DNA of 64,000 bases, taken from positions 308,174 through 372,173 of the IMG/VR virus record IMGVR_UViG_3300043410_001892. One strand, written 5' to 3'. Shown in pieces: positions 43,042 to 51,991 of this stretch (positions are counted from its first letter, which is position 1; every line of letters begins with the position of its first letter). The position numbers and the translations under genes were made by a program. The notes below the pieces were generated by a model. That model was not told the origin of the DNA, did no database searches, and was given only the letters and a program-made list of their open reading frames with translations.

Positions 43042-43315
43042 AGTATTCCCAATCATTTGTTTCATCATCCCAATGTCTGCTGTCATACATTGACATTGAT
43101 AATTCAAAACAAAGCAAGCCAATGATTAGTTTAGGTCCTGCATGGTCTAATCCAGATAGCTGTGTGTATAATTCAAACGCAAAAATAGTATTTAGGTTAA
43201 ACATAAACTCTACTTCCCAGTGTTTGTGTTTACTAAATGAACCATGTTTGCAAAACAAGTTGCGAAACTTATTAGTTACAAACGGGTTAGTAACAGTAAT
43301 ATTTAAAGATAACAT
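43031..43315 (-). CDS. Hypothetical protein
   Basis: DHAG...YD.RHW; own sigma70 promoter at about 43347-43375. Confidence 0.65.
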   Translation of the reverse strand: MLSLNITVTNPFVTNKFRNLFCKHGSFSKHKHWEVEFMFNLNTIFAFELYTQLSGLDHAGPKLIIGLLCFELSMSMYDSRHWDDETNDWEYYGS

Positions 43316-43578
43316 AGTGTTTTCCTGTGATTGTTGTAATAGCGCATATTATATAGTGTTACATAAACATTGTCAAGTTATATTTGTTTCTGCATTTTAC
43401 ACTTATTATATAGCATTACAATTTGTAATCAAAATGTAGCAAATGATTTATTATTATTGGTATATTGTGTTTAATTGTTTACTAATTGTAGATAGTCATT
43501 TTACTGTTTAGCTACTTGTTTTTCGTGTTGAAAAAGCATAAAATACTATAGTAGCAACAACAAAAGGAGAACTACACT

Positions 43579-43734
43579 ATGATTAGCACTATTACAGCTT
43601 ATACTTCATCACGAAGTTGGAATGATTTAGCAATTGACGCATTGCATGTTGCAGGCGTTGTATTTTTTATTGGATTGGTTTGGGTAATGTTCTGTGGATA
43701 CATAATTACCCCTCCAGTCTGGTGGCATGTATAA
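43579..43734 (+). CDS. Small membrane protein (51 aa, not in track)
   Basis: AAAGGAG RBS; MISTITAYTSSRSWNDLAIDALHVAGVVFFIGLVWVMFCGYIITPPVWWHV. Confidence 0.65.
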   Translation: MISTITAYTSSRSWNDLAIDALHVAGVVFFIGLVWVMFCGYIITPPVWWHV

Positions 43735-43856
43735 CATGATCTCATAACTGCGTCACATTACAATACGTGGCGCAGTTATCCCCTAGCTTATCTTTCAAGT
43801 CAGTTGACTTGTCCTACAAAACTTGTTATACTTTTATTTTTTCACGAGAGTATACT

Positions 43857-44108
43857 ATGAAATTCGAAATAGCTCCTATTGATACACATATACTATGTGG
43901 TTCTTATGAAGAAGCCAAGATGTATCTAATGTTTTTAGAAGTCAACGGCAAACGAAAATGGAGACTTCCTACTCGATACGAACACTGTAAATATTTTGTT
44001 GCAGGAGTTAATCTAAATTATAATGATCATATATGGGATCAACGAGATGACAATACTATTCTGTTAAATGGTAACAAACGCCGTGTAATCCCAGTGAGAG
44101 ATTTATGA
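43857..44108 (+). CDS. Mini DUF1566/Lcl-like array A gene 1
   Basis: YEEA..Y...L..NG...WRLPT..E...VIPVRD. Confidence 0.75.
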   Translation: MKFEIAPIDTHILCGSYEEAKMYLMFLEVNGKRKWRLPTRYEHCKYFVAGVNLNYNDHIWDQRDDNTILLNGNKRRVIPVRDL

Positions 44109-44341
44109 CAGAAGTTTCAGATAAGAGTGTATGGTGTAATGAAATATCGTTAGATGATGCTCGATTATATCTGTTATTCTTAAATCATCGAGGACATAAA
44201 GATTGGCGATTTCCTACAGCATTAGAACGAATGATGCTTCCAGAGTTTTCAAAAACAGGAGGGTATTGGTATTCATTTGACCTTGATAGCACTAACATGG
44301 CATCTAAAAAATATACGCTAGTTCCAGTTCGAGATTGCTAA
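44105..44341 (+). CDS. Array A gene 2
   Basis: GHKDWRFPT...LVPVRD. Confidence 0.75.
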   Translation: MTEVSDKSVWCNEISLDDARLYLLFLNHRGHKDWRFPTALERMMLPEFSKTGGYWYSFDLDSTNMASKKYTLVPVRDC

Positions 44342-44349
44342 ATAATAGT

Positions 44350-44607
44350 ATGAAAATAGAAGAATTACTAACAGAACTTACGTTTAAGGGCTCGCAATGC
44401 ACTAAAGACTGCAGTGGTCACGAAGCAGGATTTAATCACCAAGTAAGAAAAGGTACTTCAAGTGACTCATATAGTCCTCATAGTCCTAGTTTTAATAAGG
44501 GTGCAGCTATTGCAAGGGCAGATCGAACTGTAACTAGAGCTCCTCAGCCTCGCGACAAAGGTAGATTTGCTGCTAGACCAAAGCCAAGAACTAAGAAATC
44601 TAAATAG
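44350..44607 (+). CDS. Hypothetical protein with capsid-targeting-like N-terminus
   Basis: MKIEELLTE; CT.DCSGH.AG...SF..G; CTAAATA upstream. Confidence 0.7.
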   Translation: MKIEELLTELTFKGSQCTKDCSGHEAGFNHQVRKGTSSDSYSPHSPSFNKGAAIARADRTVTRAPQPRDKGRFAARPKPRTKKSK

Positions 44608-44769
44608 GCCCCGCTGTGCAAGTGTGTGATATACTTATATATATGCGCATGCTTGCACGTTCAAAAAAATTTCAATTTAATCAAGTCGTATACATTGACA
44701 ATGCACACATATATGTGTATTATAACAGTTTTTAACATAGACCCCGCTGTACACATATAGGAGAAAACA

Positions 44770-44973
44770 ATGGCAGACGATTTTGAATCAAGAGTACAAT
44801 TGTCATCAGGTTGTTTGATGTACGTTCGTACACAGCACGATGATGATCGATTAGTAGTGTTTGCATTTAAGCACGATGAGTTTAGATGTGATTTCCAAAT
44901 ATTTTATGACGATTGTAGTGACGAATTTAAAAGCTGGGTAGAACAGCCAGTTATCACTGCTGCTTCGTTTTAG
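44770..44973 (+). CDS. Hypothetical protein
   Basis: AGGAG RBS, own promoter; flanked by motif copies. Confidence 0.7.
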   Translation: MADDFESRVQLSSGCLMYVRTQHDDDRLVVFAFKHDEFRCDFQIFYDDCSDEFKSWVEQPVITAASF

Positions 44974-45007
44974 GCCCCGCTGTACACATAATTGGTAAAA
45001 TCAATAA

Positions 45008-45048
45008 TTGACATTTGAGTTTAGTTACTGTATAGTATACGGTAACTA
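45008..45048 (+). promoter_or_regulatory. sigma70 promoter with overlapping palindrome
   Basis: TTGACA-17-TATAGT; TAGTTACTGTATA-G-TATACGGTAACTA inverted repeat at 45022-45048. Confidence 0.75.
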
Positions 45049-45410
45049 CAGAAGGTGTCGCGCAAACCACATAGTAACTGCGCCCTATAACTGGACAACT
45101 GTATCACAGTGAAGGAATTGTTGAGCTGTAGCAACGACATAACCACCTACCCATTTGGATGAACATGAGATGTACCTTTACAAAACTCATTACAGGTTAT
45201 GGCCCCGCTGTACACATAAGGTTAAAAGAAGGAGTAGCACTCCTACGATTGTATATGCAGTTAGCATTGTGTATACAGTCCGCCGTCATATTTACCAGGA
45301 CGGAGCTCGAGGTACCGGATGACCGCCTCTGTAATGCTCTAATGCTAAGACATGAAAAACTCAACAAATGTTCGCCATTGGCCTTTACGGGCCAATGTGA
45401 CTTCTTAATC
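45043..45410 (+). ncRNA. Candidate large structured non-coding RNA
   Basis: Follows a strong promoter with no credible ORF; at least 8 stems and a potential 8-bp pseudoknot (see findings). Confidence 0.6.
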
Positions 45411-45533
45411 TAACAAAATATTCAAAGAAATAAAAATTCAAATTAAAATAATGAATATGAGCGAATGCGAATTTGAATTATTTTAATTTGTTTGTGAGCT
45501 GTAAGCTCGCAATTTTACTATTAGTGAGGAAAT

Positions 45534-45767
45534 ATGATTGAAATATCTGACAAAACTGCATGCAGGAAATTAGGATACAATGAAGCATGGCTGTATTGCT
45601 TAACTTTAAACCATAATGGACATAAAGATTGGCGTATGCCAGCTCAGTTTGATCATTATCAAGGTAACGACTGGCCAACTTCAACTTGGGTTGAAGTAAG
45701 TAACCCAAATAGTATTATAGATATCACTGATACTTTTGGAATAGTCCCAGTAAGAACTATTGATTAA
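45534..45767 (+). CDS. Array A gene 3
   Basis: YNEAWLYCLTL..NGHKDWRMP...IVPVR. Confidence 0.8.
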   Translation: MIEISDKTACRKLGYNEAWLYCLTLNHNGHKDWRMPAQFDHYQGNDWPTSTWVEVSNPNSIIDITDTFGIVPVRTID

Positions 45768-45833
45768 ATTATCATTTGTAAATTCTAAAAATTTATATTA
45801 CAATAATGTTTTTTAATAATCATGAGGTGCAAC

Positions 45834-46190
45834 ATGGCAAAAAAAGTTAAGTATAAATCAGCCGAAGATAAACGCCGTGCATTAGAAGCTGAAAAACAAT
45901 GGAAAGAAATGACTAAGACATATGGTCTTAGTGATAAGCCGGCTAATACAAAATCACTTAGAACAATCTCACAGAAAAAAACATTAAGTAATGTTGCACC
46001 AACATATAGAGGTAGTGATAGTAAACCTCCCAGTTTAGTTACAACTACTAAAGGTGGCGGCAGCAAAGTTACAGCTCCAAGATATACCGGTACTTTGATT
46101 AAAGGTATCGCAACGATGCATAAATCAAATGCCGTGCCAATTATTGACCAAGAGCAAGCAACTGAGATTTCACGGATGCGTAGAGGATGA
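45834..46190 (+). CDS. Conserved hypothetical phage protein
   Basis: YTGT.IKGIATMHKSNAVP......A.EIS.MRR. Confidence 0.75.
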   Translation: MAKKVKYKSAEDKRRALEAEKQWKEMTKTYGLSDKPANTKSLRTISQKKTLSNVAPTYRGSDSKPPSLVTTTKGGGSKVTAPRYTGTLIKGIATMHKSNAVPIIDQEQATEISRMRRG

Positions 46191-46399
46191 CAGAATTTGC
46201 CCCAATGGTCTTCCATCAGCTAACATATAACGATGCATGGATGTACTGTGTTACATTAGAATACGATGGACATAAGGATTGGCGTTTGCCTACTTTTTTA
46301 GAATGGTGTAATAGAAATGATTTACTTGGTTGGTATGAAAACGCGACGGTGCAAGCCGCAACATCAGTGCGAGCTGTTTGCCCAGTGAGGGATATATGA
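46187..46399 (+). CDS. Array A gene 4
   Basis: AWMYCVTLEYDGHKDWRLPT...VCPVRDI. Confidence 0.8.
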   Translation: MTEFAPMVFHQLTYNDAWMYCVTLEYDGHKDWRLPTFLEWCNRNDLLGWYENATVQAATSVRAVCPVRDI

Positions 46400-46608
46400 T
46401 AGAATTTGCCGCAATGGTCTTCCATCAGCTAACATATAGCGAGGCATGGATGTACTGTGTTACATTAGAATACGATGGACATAAGGATTGGCGCCTGCCA
46501 ACCCTTAACGAATGGAGTAATAGTAGTGAATTACTCGGTTGGTATGAAAACGCGTCGCCGGTTTTCACCCATTCTAAGCGAGCTGTTTGCCCAGTGAGGG
46601 ATATATGA
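46396..46608 (+). CDS. Array A gene 5 (recent duplicate of gene 4)
   Basis: Near-identical DNA to 46187..46399. Confidence 0.8.
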   Translation: MIEFAAMVFHQLTYSEAWMYCVTLEYDGHKDWRLPTLNEWSNSSELLGWYENASPVFTHSKRAVCPVRDI

Positions 46609-46865
46609 TAGAATTTGGTCCATTATCTAGTACAAAATTTTTGTATCGAGATGCATGGCTATATTGTCACACCTTTAATTATAATGGACATAAGGATTGG
46701 CGTATGATAACAAAAGCAGATGCATTCGTATTAGCGTTGGACGGTATAACCATCTATTCTGGTACTTGGATTGATAAAACTGTTCCTGATCACATGTTAA
46801 GTAATAATATATTTGGCGACTTTACACGAGCCCATGTAATACCAGTGAGGGATAAAAATGATTGA
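46605..46865 (+). CDS. Array A gene 6
   Basis: AWLYC..F.YNGHKDWRM...VIPVRD. Confidence 0.8.
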   Translation: MIEFGPLSSTKFLYRDAWLYCHTFNYNGHKDWRMITKADAFVLALDGITIYSGTWIDKTVPDHMLSNNIFGDFTRAHVIPVRDKND

Positions 46866-47079
46866 TTTTGCAGAACTACCAGATTATAGGTTTACTTATA
46901 ATGAAGCATTTCTTTATTGTATAACACTAAGTTACAATGGTCATAAAGACTGGAGAATGCCAACACACGACGAATATATGAATTGCAAAGAGATTGCTAG
47001 TGAATCGTTTGATGACAGTGATGACCCTAAAGATATTAAAGCTAAATATCCCATTGTACCAGTCCGTGATGTGAACTAA
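46858..47079 (+). CDS. Array A gene 7
   Basis: AFLYCITLSYNGHKDWRMPT...IVPVRD. Confidence 0.8.
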   Translation: MIDFAELPDYRFTYNEAFLYCITLSYNGHKDWRMPTHDEYMNCKEIASESFDDSDDPKDIKAKYPIVPVRDVN

Positions 47080-47221
47080 TAACTACTTGCAAATTCTAAT
47101 ATAATTTGTTATAATTATTTTTTAAACTAAATGCGAGGTTATATGATTGATTTATTTTTAACTCTAAGTTTAATTGTAGTAATGCTATATTTGATGAATA
47201 AAGTTAGTGAGATTATCGAAC

Positions 47222-47470
47222 ATGATAGAATTTAGTACGCTATCTGATCAGATGGTTGACAGAGAAACTGCCATCATGTTAGAGTTTATGTGCTGTCACA
47301 ACAATAAAAAAGGTTGGAGATTTCCAACCGATCGAGAATACATCACTCGTAAAGAAATCCCATATGGAGTTTGGTCTAAAGGGTTAGTTGATCGTAATGA
47401 TAAAAAATCAAGATTATGCTTTTTTGTGAGAGATATAAATGACGAAAACATGGAAAGTAGCAGTAGGTGA
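47222..47470 (+). CDS. Array A gene 8
   Basis: MIEF...KKGWRFPT..E...FVRD. Confidence 0.7.
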   Translation: MIEFSTLSDQMVDRETAIMLEFMCCHNNKKGWRFPTDREYITRKEIPYGVWSKGLVDRNDKKSRLCFFVRDINDENMESSSR

Positions 47471-47741
47471 TTACGTAGTAGAAGTTGCTGATTATCCACG
47501 TAACTATATGTCGTATGATGAAGCAGCTATGCACTGTTTGTTTTTGAAAATCAATAAAGCAGCTGGTTGGCGAATACCAACTGCAGCTGAATATAACAAA
47601 ATTGATGGCATCACTTGTATAATTGATAGATATCGTGATAGTGGGCTATCAGCACCATTTGATCAACGTGATTTTGAGTCAGCAATACGTCGACCATTAT
47701 TACCAGTTAGAACTATCAAAGACCCCGCTGTACACACGTAG
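47439..47741 (+). CDS. Array A gene 9
   Basis: YDEA.MHC..L....GWRIPT..E...LPVR. Confidence 0.75.
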   Translation: MTKTWKVAVGDYVVEVADYPRNYMSYDEAAMHCLFLKINKAAGWRIPTAAEYNKIDGITCIIDRYRDSGLSAPFDQRDFESAIRRPLLPVRTIKDPAVHT

Positions 47742-47779
47742 GAAAATAGTAAATAATGAATTAGCCCGGGAGGAAAGTT

Positions 47780-48040
47780 ATGAAAAAACTTATTTTATCA
47801 GTTTTAGAAACTGGTCCAAAGACTCCGATTGAATTATTCAATCTTTGCAAGTTTACAGATCCTTATGTATTTGCAAGAACCATAACTGAACTCACTATTT
47901 CTAAGAAGATTCAAAGAAATGTGATAATCCCTAACCATCCTACAGTTTATCATTCAATTACCGCAGTACCTAATAAACTATTTGAGAATCTCTCATGGGA
48001 AGATATTCGGGTAGAATACCATTTGACATCCACACAGTAA
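47780..48040 (+). CDS. Hypothetical protein (possible winged helix)
   Basis: IL..L..GPKT..EL. Confidence 0.55.
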   Translation: MKKLILSVLETGPKTPIELFNLCKFTDPYVFARTITELTISKKIQRNVIIPNHPTVYHSITAVPNKLFENLSWEDIRVEYHLTSTQ

Positions 48041-48083
48041 TACACTATAATTTAACACATTACAACAACTTTAAGGAATCTAA

Positions 48084-48302
48084 ATGCAAGTGACGCAGAA
48101 CAATAAGGGCGATACAGTTGGTATTATTAAAGACGCAGAGGAAACAGTTATACTAAATTATTCCTTTTGGGAATGCGATTGTTCAACTATGTTTATACGA
48201 CCGGTAACTATTACACATTGTCGACAATGTGGTGCTGATCGTGATGACAGTCCTATTGCAAATGATCTTCATGTACAGATTTTTGTTTATAACACTATTT
48301 AA
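48084..48302 (+). CDS. Hypothetical Zn-ribbon protein
   Basis: WECDC...C.QCG; consensus promoter at 48023. Confidence 0.65.
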   Translation: MQVTQNNKGDTVGIIKDAEETVILNYSFWECDCSTMFIRPVTITHCRQCGADRDDSPIANDLHVQIFVYNTI

Positions 48303-48314
48303 TAAGGAGTAACT

Positions 48315-49394
48315 ATGACACTCGAAGCAACTGCTATTTCAATTCTTGAAGGCGAAGAAGTAAGTCCAATTGATAAAAAAGATGCAATGGAACTTATCGA
48401 ACACTTACAAGCATGGCTGCCAAATTATCCACAAGGTTCAAATAAGTTTATTTCTTATCTACATAAGAATTTAACTCCAATTCACGCAGTCTACGGTTTA
48501 TACTCTGCAGTTGACAATGGTAGTTTAGAAATTACACATCGTAATCTCCAAACTATGATGTTGTTTGAAAAAGATCTTGGTTACTTAGTCAAACATTTAG
48601 AAAATCCAGAGAAGAAGATAAACTTCTTCAATGCTATGCTTAAAGGTACTGATATTTCGTATGTCGAGCTGGAACTAACTAGTCCGTTTATGATTCAACC
48701 AGAAGAAGAGATTGGCACTGGTACATACGAACAAACTGTTGCGATTGAAGATTTATTTGCTAATACTGAAGAAGAAGATACTACAACAGCAGCTTCGACG
48801 ACCTCAGCGCCAAGTGTATCAACTGCAACTAAATCGTCTACTAATAAAATATCAGAACCATTTAAAGATATTTTAGATACTGCTGCTAAAAAAGTACTTG
48901 GCGTAGGAGTTAAGAAGACTGATGCTGAAAAAGATCAAGAACAAGATGATCATGATGCATACTATGTATATACGCAGTATTTGTATCAGTTTACCCCGGA
49001 TGAAGACTGTGATCTTGCTATCTCAGTAGTATCGCAAAAGTTTTGGGATGACAACGGATATCTTGATGATCAACACATCTCGGAGTATTTAGAAGCGATT
49101 ATTCCAGACTGGTCCGATAACTGGTGTGAAACTATGGAAAGTGTATTTGAATACACTGGTGGTTCAACTAAGGCAGAAGCTATTGCTTATTTAAAAGCAA
49201 CTGGGTTCTTTAAAGAAGAAGAACTATTTGATGTTGAATTTAGTAAAGCAGATATCTTACTAGGTTATCTTGAAGGCCAACCTGAAGAAATAATTTCTAA
49301 GTTTCTCAAAGAGGCACTTACACATCTTGATGAAAGCCAAATTGAAGACTTAATTCAAAAGTATGAAGACGCTTGGCACGAAGAGGATGATTGA
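48315..49394 (+). CDS. Acidic hypothetical protein
   Basis: 359 aa, AAGGAG RBS. Confidence 0.75.
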   Translation: MTLEATAISILEGEEVSPIDKKDAMELIEHLQAWLPNYPQGSNKFISYLHKNLTPIHAVYGLYSAVDNGSLEITHRNLQTMMLFEKDLGYLVKHLENPEKKINFFNAMLKGTDISYVELELTSPFMIQPEEEIGTGTYEQTVAIEDLFANTEEEDTTTAASTTSAPSVSTATKSSTNKISEPFKDILDTAAKKVLGVGVKKTDAEKDQEQDDHDAYYVYTQYLYQFTPDEDCDLAISVVSQKFWDDNGYLDDQHISEYLEAIIPDWSDNWCETMESVFEYTGGSTKAEAIAYLKATGFFKEEELFDVEFSKADILLGYLEGQPEEIISKFLKEALTHLDESQIEDLIQKYEDAWHEEDD

Positions 49395-49608
49395 TATACA
49401 CGATCTAGGCATATCAACTGATTACACCACTGCATGGTTGATATGCCTAACCATGGAACACAACGGACATAAAGATTGGCGATTGCCAACATGGTATGAC
49501 TATATAAATAGTGCAGAACTACATGACTGCTGGTATGAAGATGATTTTTACACCGTATACATAGGAAAGAACGTATTTGCAGTTCGTAGCAAAGAGGCCC
49601 CACTGTAA
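49387..49608 (+). CDS. Array A gene 10
   Basis: AWLICLT..HNGHKDWRLPT...AVR. Confidence 0.75.
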   Translation: MIDIHDLGISTDYTTAWLICLTMEHNGHKDWRLPTWYDYINSAELHDCWYEDDFYTVYIGKNVFAVRSKEAPL

Positions 49609-49826
49609 TGGAAAAAATAGAAATTGCTCAAACTACTCGAAAATCCTTAACTTATGCTGAAGCACAGATGTATTGTTTTGTGTATGAAGAGAATAATATT
49701 CGTGGTTGGAGATTACCAACTGAAGATGAGTATGTAAACCACAATGAAATATGGGGTTGGGTTCAAGATGATGAACGTCAAGACGAGTACGGTACCTTGA
49801 GAGTTACTCCAGTGAGAGATTTATGA
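49608..49826 (+). CDS. Array A gene 11
   Basis: YAEAQMYC......GWRLPT..E...VTPVRD. Confidence 0.8.
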   Translation: MEKIEIAQTTRKSLTYAEAQMYCFVYEENNIRGWRLPTEDEYVNHNEIWGWVQDDERQDEYGTLRVTPVRDL

Positions 49827-50056
49827 TTGAGTTTGCCCCTCAATCACCAACCAATATGTCATTTGATGAAGCATTTCTCTATTGTTTAACACTTAACTAC
49901 AAAGGACATAAGGATTGGTCTATACCTTATAGACGAGAGAAACGCTCATACATGATAGGTACTTGGTCTATTGATGATATAAAACTGATAGAGTTTTACT
50001 ATTCATCTGATACAAAGACATCTGTATTTCCTATTAGAGGTTATTATGAATCATGA
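49823..50056 (+). CDS. Array A gene 12
   Basis: AFLYCLTLNYKGHKDW..P...PIRG. Confidence 0.8.
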   Translation: MIEFAPQSPTNMSFDEAFLYCLTLNYKGHKDWSIPYRREKRSYMIGTWSIDDIKLIEFYYSSDTKTSVFPIRGYYES

Positions 50057-50273
50057 ATACGGTATAAGATCGCCCGATCGCTTAACTTTTGACGAAGCAT
50101 TTCTGTATTGCCTTACACATAATTTTAATGGACATAAAGATTGGTATATGCCAACTTTTACTATGTGGGTATTTGATGATGTTATTACTGGCTGGCATAG
50201 TTCAGCTAAACTGCAACGTGATATTAGTTATGACATATCACGAGTTATACCAGTGAGAGATATAGATGATTGA
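50046..50273 (+). CDS. Array A gene 13
   Basis: AFLYCLT..FNGHKDW.MPT...VIPVRDIDD. Confidence 0.8.
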   Translation: MNHEYGIRSPDRLTFDEAFLYCLTHNFNGHKDWYMPTFTMWVFDDVITGWHSSAKLQRDISYDISRVIPVRDIDD

Positions 50274-50481
50274 AATTGCATATAAAACTATAAAAGACAT
50301 GGATTACGATACTGCATGGCTTTATTGTTTGGTATATGAGAAAGACGGGCATAAAGATTGGCGATTGCCTAGTCGTGACGAATACTTTAATACTGACGGA
50401 ATACATCTACATACTTGGTTTGAAAACAGAGAAGATGACACTAAATGGTGTTGCCAACCAGTGAGAGGTATAGATGATTGA
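50266..50481 (+). CDS. Array A gene 14
   Basis: AWLYCL....DGHKDWRLPS...QPVRGIDD. Confidence 0.8.
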   Translation: MIEIAYKTIKDMDYDTAWLYCLVYEKDGHKDWRLPSRDEYFNTDGIHLHTWFENREDDTKWCCQPVRGIDD

Positions 50482-50686
50482 ATTTGCTATACGATCTCAA
50501 GAAGAAATGGTTTACGACCAAGCATTTCTGTATTGTCTAACACTCGAGTATAATGGACATAAAGATTGGCGATTGCCTACAGGAATTGAATATTCTATTA
50601 CGGATGCGCTATCATTTTGCTGGTTTGAAGAAAGAAAAACCGGCGAAAGATGGGTATGTCAACCAGTGAGAGATATAGATGATTGA
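50474..50686 (+). CDS. Array A gene 15
   Basis: AFLYCLTLEYNGHKDWRLPT...QPVRDIDD. Confidence 0.8.
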   Translation: MIEFAIRSQEEMVYDQAFLYCLTLEYNGHKDWRLPTGIEYSITDALSFCWFEERKTGERWVCQPVRDIDD

Positions 50687-50891
50687 AAAAGGACCAGCAG
50701 CTGGAAAAAAACTTCATTATAGAGAAGCGTGGATGTATTGTCTTACACTCTCTTATAACGGACACAAAGATTGGCGTATGCCAAGTTACTTTGAAACTAA
50801 TTACGGGTGGAATGAACGAGATGTAATGAACCCTAATTTAGAATCGCCCTATCAATATTCAATTATACCAGTGAGAGATATAGATGATTGA
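50679..50891 (+). CDS. Array A gene 16
   Basis: AWMYCLTLSYNGHKDWRMPS...IPVRDIDD. Confidence 0.8.
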   Translation: MIEKGPAAGKKLHYREAWMYCLTLSYNGHKDWRMPSYFETNYGWNERDVMNPNLESPYQYSIIPVRDIDD

Positions 50892-51090
50892 ATACGCCCC
50901 ACCAACAACAGAATGTGTAGACTATGACACTGCTTGGCTGTATTGCGTTACCCTAGCACACGATAACAAATACGACTGGCGAATGCCAACACATAAAGAA
51001 TATGAGACTTCTCCATTTATATTAGGTTGGTTTGTAGATAGACCACAGACTGAAAATCTCTGGACTTGCCAACCAGTGCGTGATTGTTAA
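50884..51090 (+). CDS. Array A gene 17
   Basis: AWLYCVTL....YDWRMPT...QPVRD. Confidence 0.8.
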   Translation: MIEYAPPTTECVDYDTAWLYCVTLAHDNKYDWRMPTHKEYETSPFILGWFVDRPQTENLWTCQPVRDC

Positions 51091-51157
51091 ACCATTTGCA
51101 ATTTTAAATTTATACTGTTATAATATATTTTTATTTACACACCCCGCGGGAGTATAT

Positions 51158-51451
51158 ATGTCTAACGAACTTATTGAAAAATTAGCACAAGACCCAGGTT
51201 CTCATTCAGCTTACATTGAGGATTCAGAATTACGAGAAATGGCAATTGTATGGGCAGTTGTAATTCGTAATGAAACCCGACCAGATCATTATTCAGAGTA
51301 TGTAAAACGAATAGATGAGATGAAGAAAAATGAGCCATTGTTGTATAGACGATTTGCTGACTATCTAGTCGATACTGTTGAAAACGGTACACATAGCGCA
51401 GCTTGGAGTGCACCAGCAGACCGTATTCGTAGAACATTACTACCTAAGTGA
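51158..51451 (+). CDS. Hypothetical protein
   Basis: Start MSNELIEK, GGGAG RBS, early promoter at 51097. Confidence 0.65.
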   Translation: MSNELIEKLAQDPGSHSAYIEDSELREMAIVWAVVIRNETRPDHYSEYVKRIDEMKKNEPLLYRRFADYLVDTVENGTHSAAWSAPADRIRRTLLPK

Positions 51452-51458
51452 GGTAAGC

Positions 51459-51662
51459 ATGGCAATTGAACACGCGCCACGTTCTGAACATAAGATGAGT
51501 TACGAACAAGCAGAGATATACGCATTTATGTGTAACCATGACGGTAAGCGCGGTTGGCGCTTACCGACCTTTAACGAGTTTGTGGATCCTAATACATGGT
51601 ATAAAGATGCTGAGATTACTAAAAGAAAGTGGTTTGTTGCACCAGTGAGGGATATAAAATGA
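51459..51662 (+). CDS. Array A gene 18
   Basis: YEQA..YA....DGKRGWRLPT..E...APVRDIK. Confidence 0.75.
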   Translation: MAIEHAPRSEHKMSYEQAEIYAFMCNHDGKRGWRLPTFNEFVDPNTWYKDAEITKRKWFVAPVRDIK

Positions 51663-51991
51663 ACTTTGAGATATCACCAAAAACGATGGAGATACACGCT
51701 ACGTGGGATCAAGCAGTTATTTACTGTTTTGGTTTAGGAGATGGTTGGCGATTACCAACGTTGGCGGAATTACAAGAAATAACCACAATCTCTAAAAATT
51801 CCCTTAATCCTACAACAAGCGTACTAACACATGTCCCATATCATGATATGGCAAATAAATGGCATTGGTCGTCTGACGAATATGAGTATAATAACAATAA
51901 AGTCTTGTGTTTCAATTATTGGACCAATACAATGTGGGACTGCGATAAAAACAACTGTTATATTATTAGACCAGTGAGGGATATAAAATGA
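51659..51991 (+). CDS. Array A gene 19, near full-length DUF1566 domain
   Basis: TW.QA..YC..LG.GWRLPT..EL...WSS.E...IRPVRD. Confidence 0.85.
   Translation: MNFEISPKTMEIHATWDQAVIYCFGLGDGWRLPTLAELQEITTISKNSLNPTTSVLTHVPYHDMANKWHWSSDEYEYNNNKVLCFNYWTNTMWDCDKNNCYIIRPVRDIK

Noticed and set aside
45240-45285. Group I intron R/S-like words (ACGATTGTA...TACAGTCC)
   Set aside because: Too close together to hold P3/P8, and no interrupted gene flanks them
45159-45413. 84-aa ORF in the track
   Set aside because: No clear RBS, no recognisable motif, and it coincides with dense RNA structure
46187-46608. DGR template/variable repeat pair
   Set aside because: Differences are not adenine-specific, both copies are intact genes, and no reverse transcriptase is in the window
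50250-50895. CRISPR array or integron attC from the regularly spaced 25-bp junction repeats
   Set aside because: Spacing is about 205-213 bp of coding paralogous sequence; repeats are not palindromic; no cas or integrase genes seen
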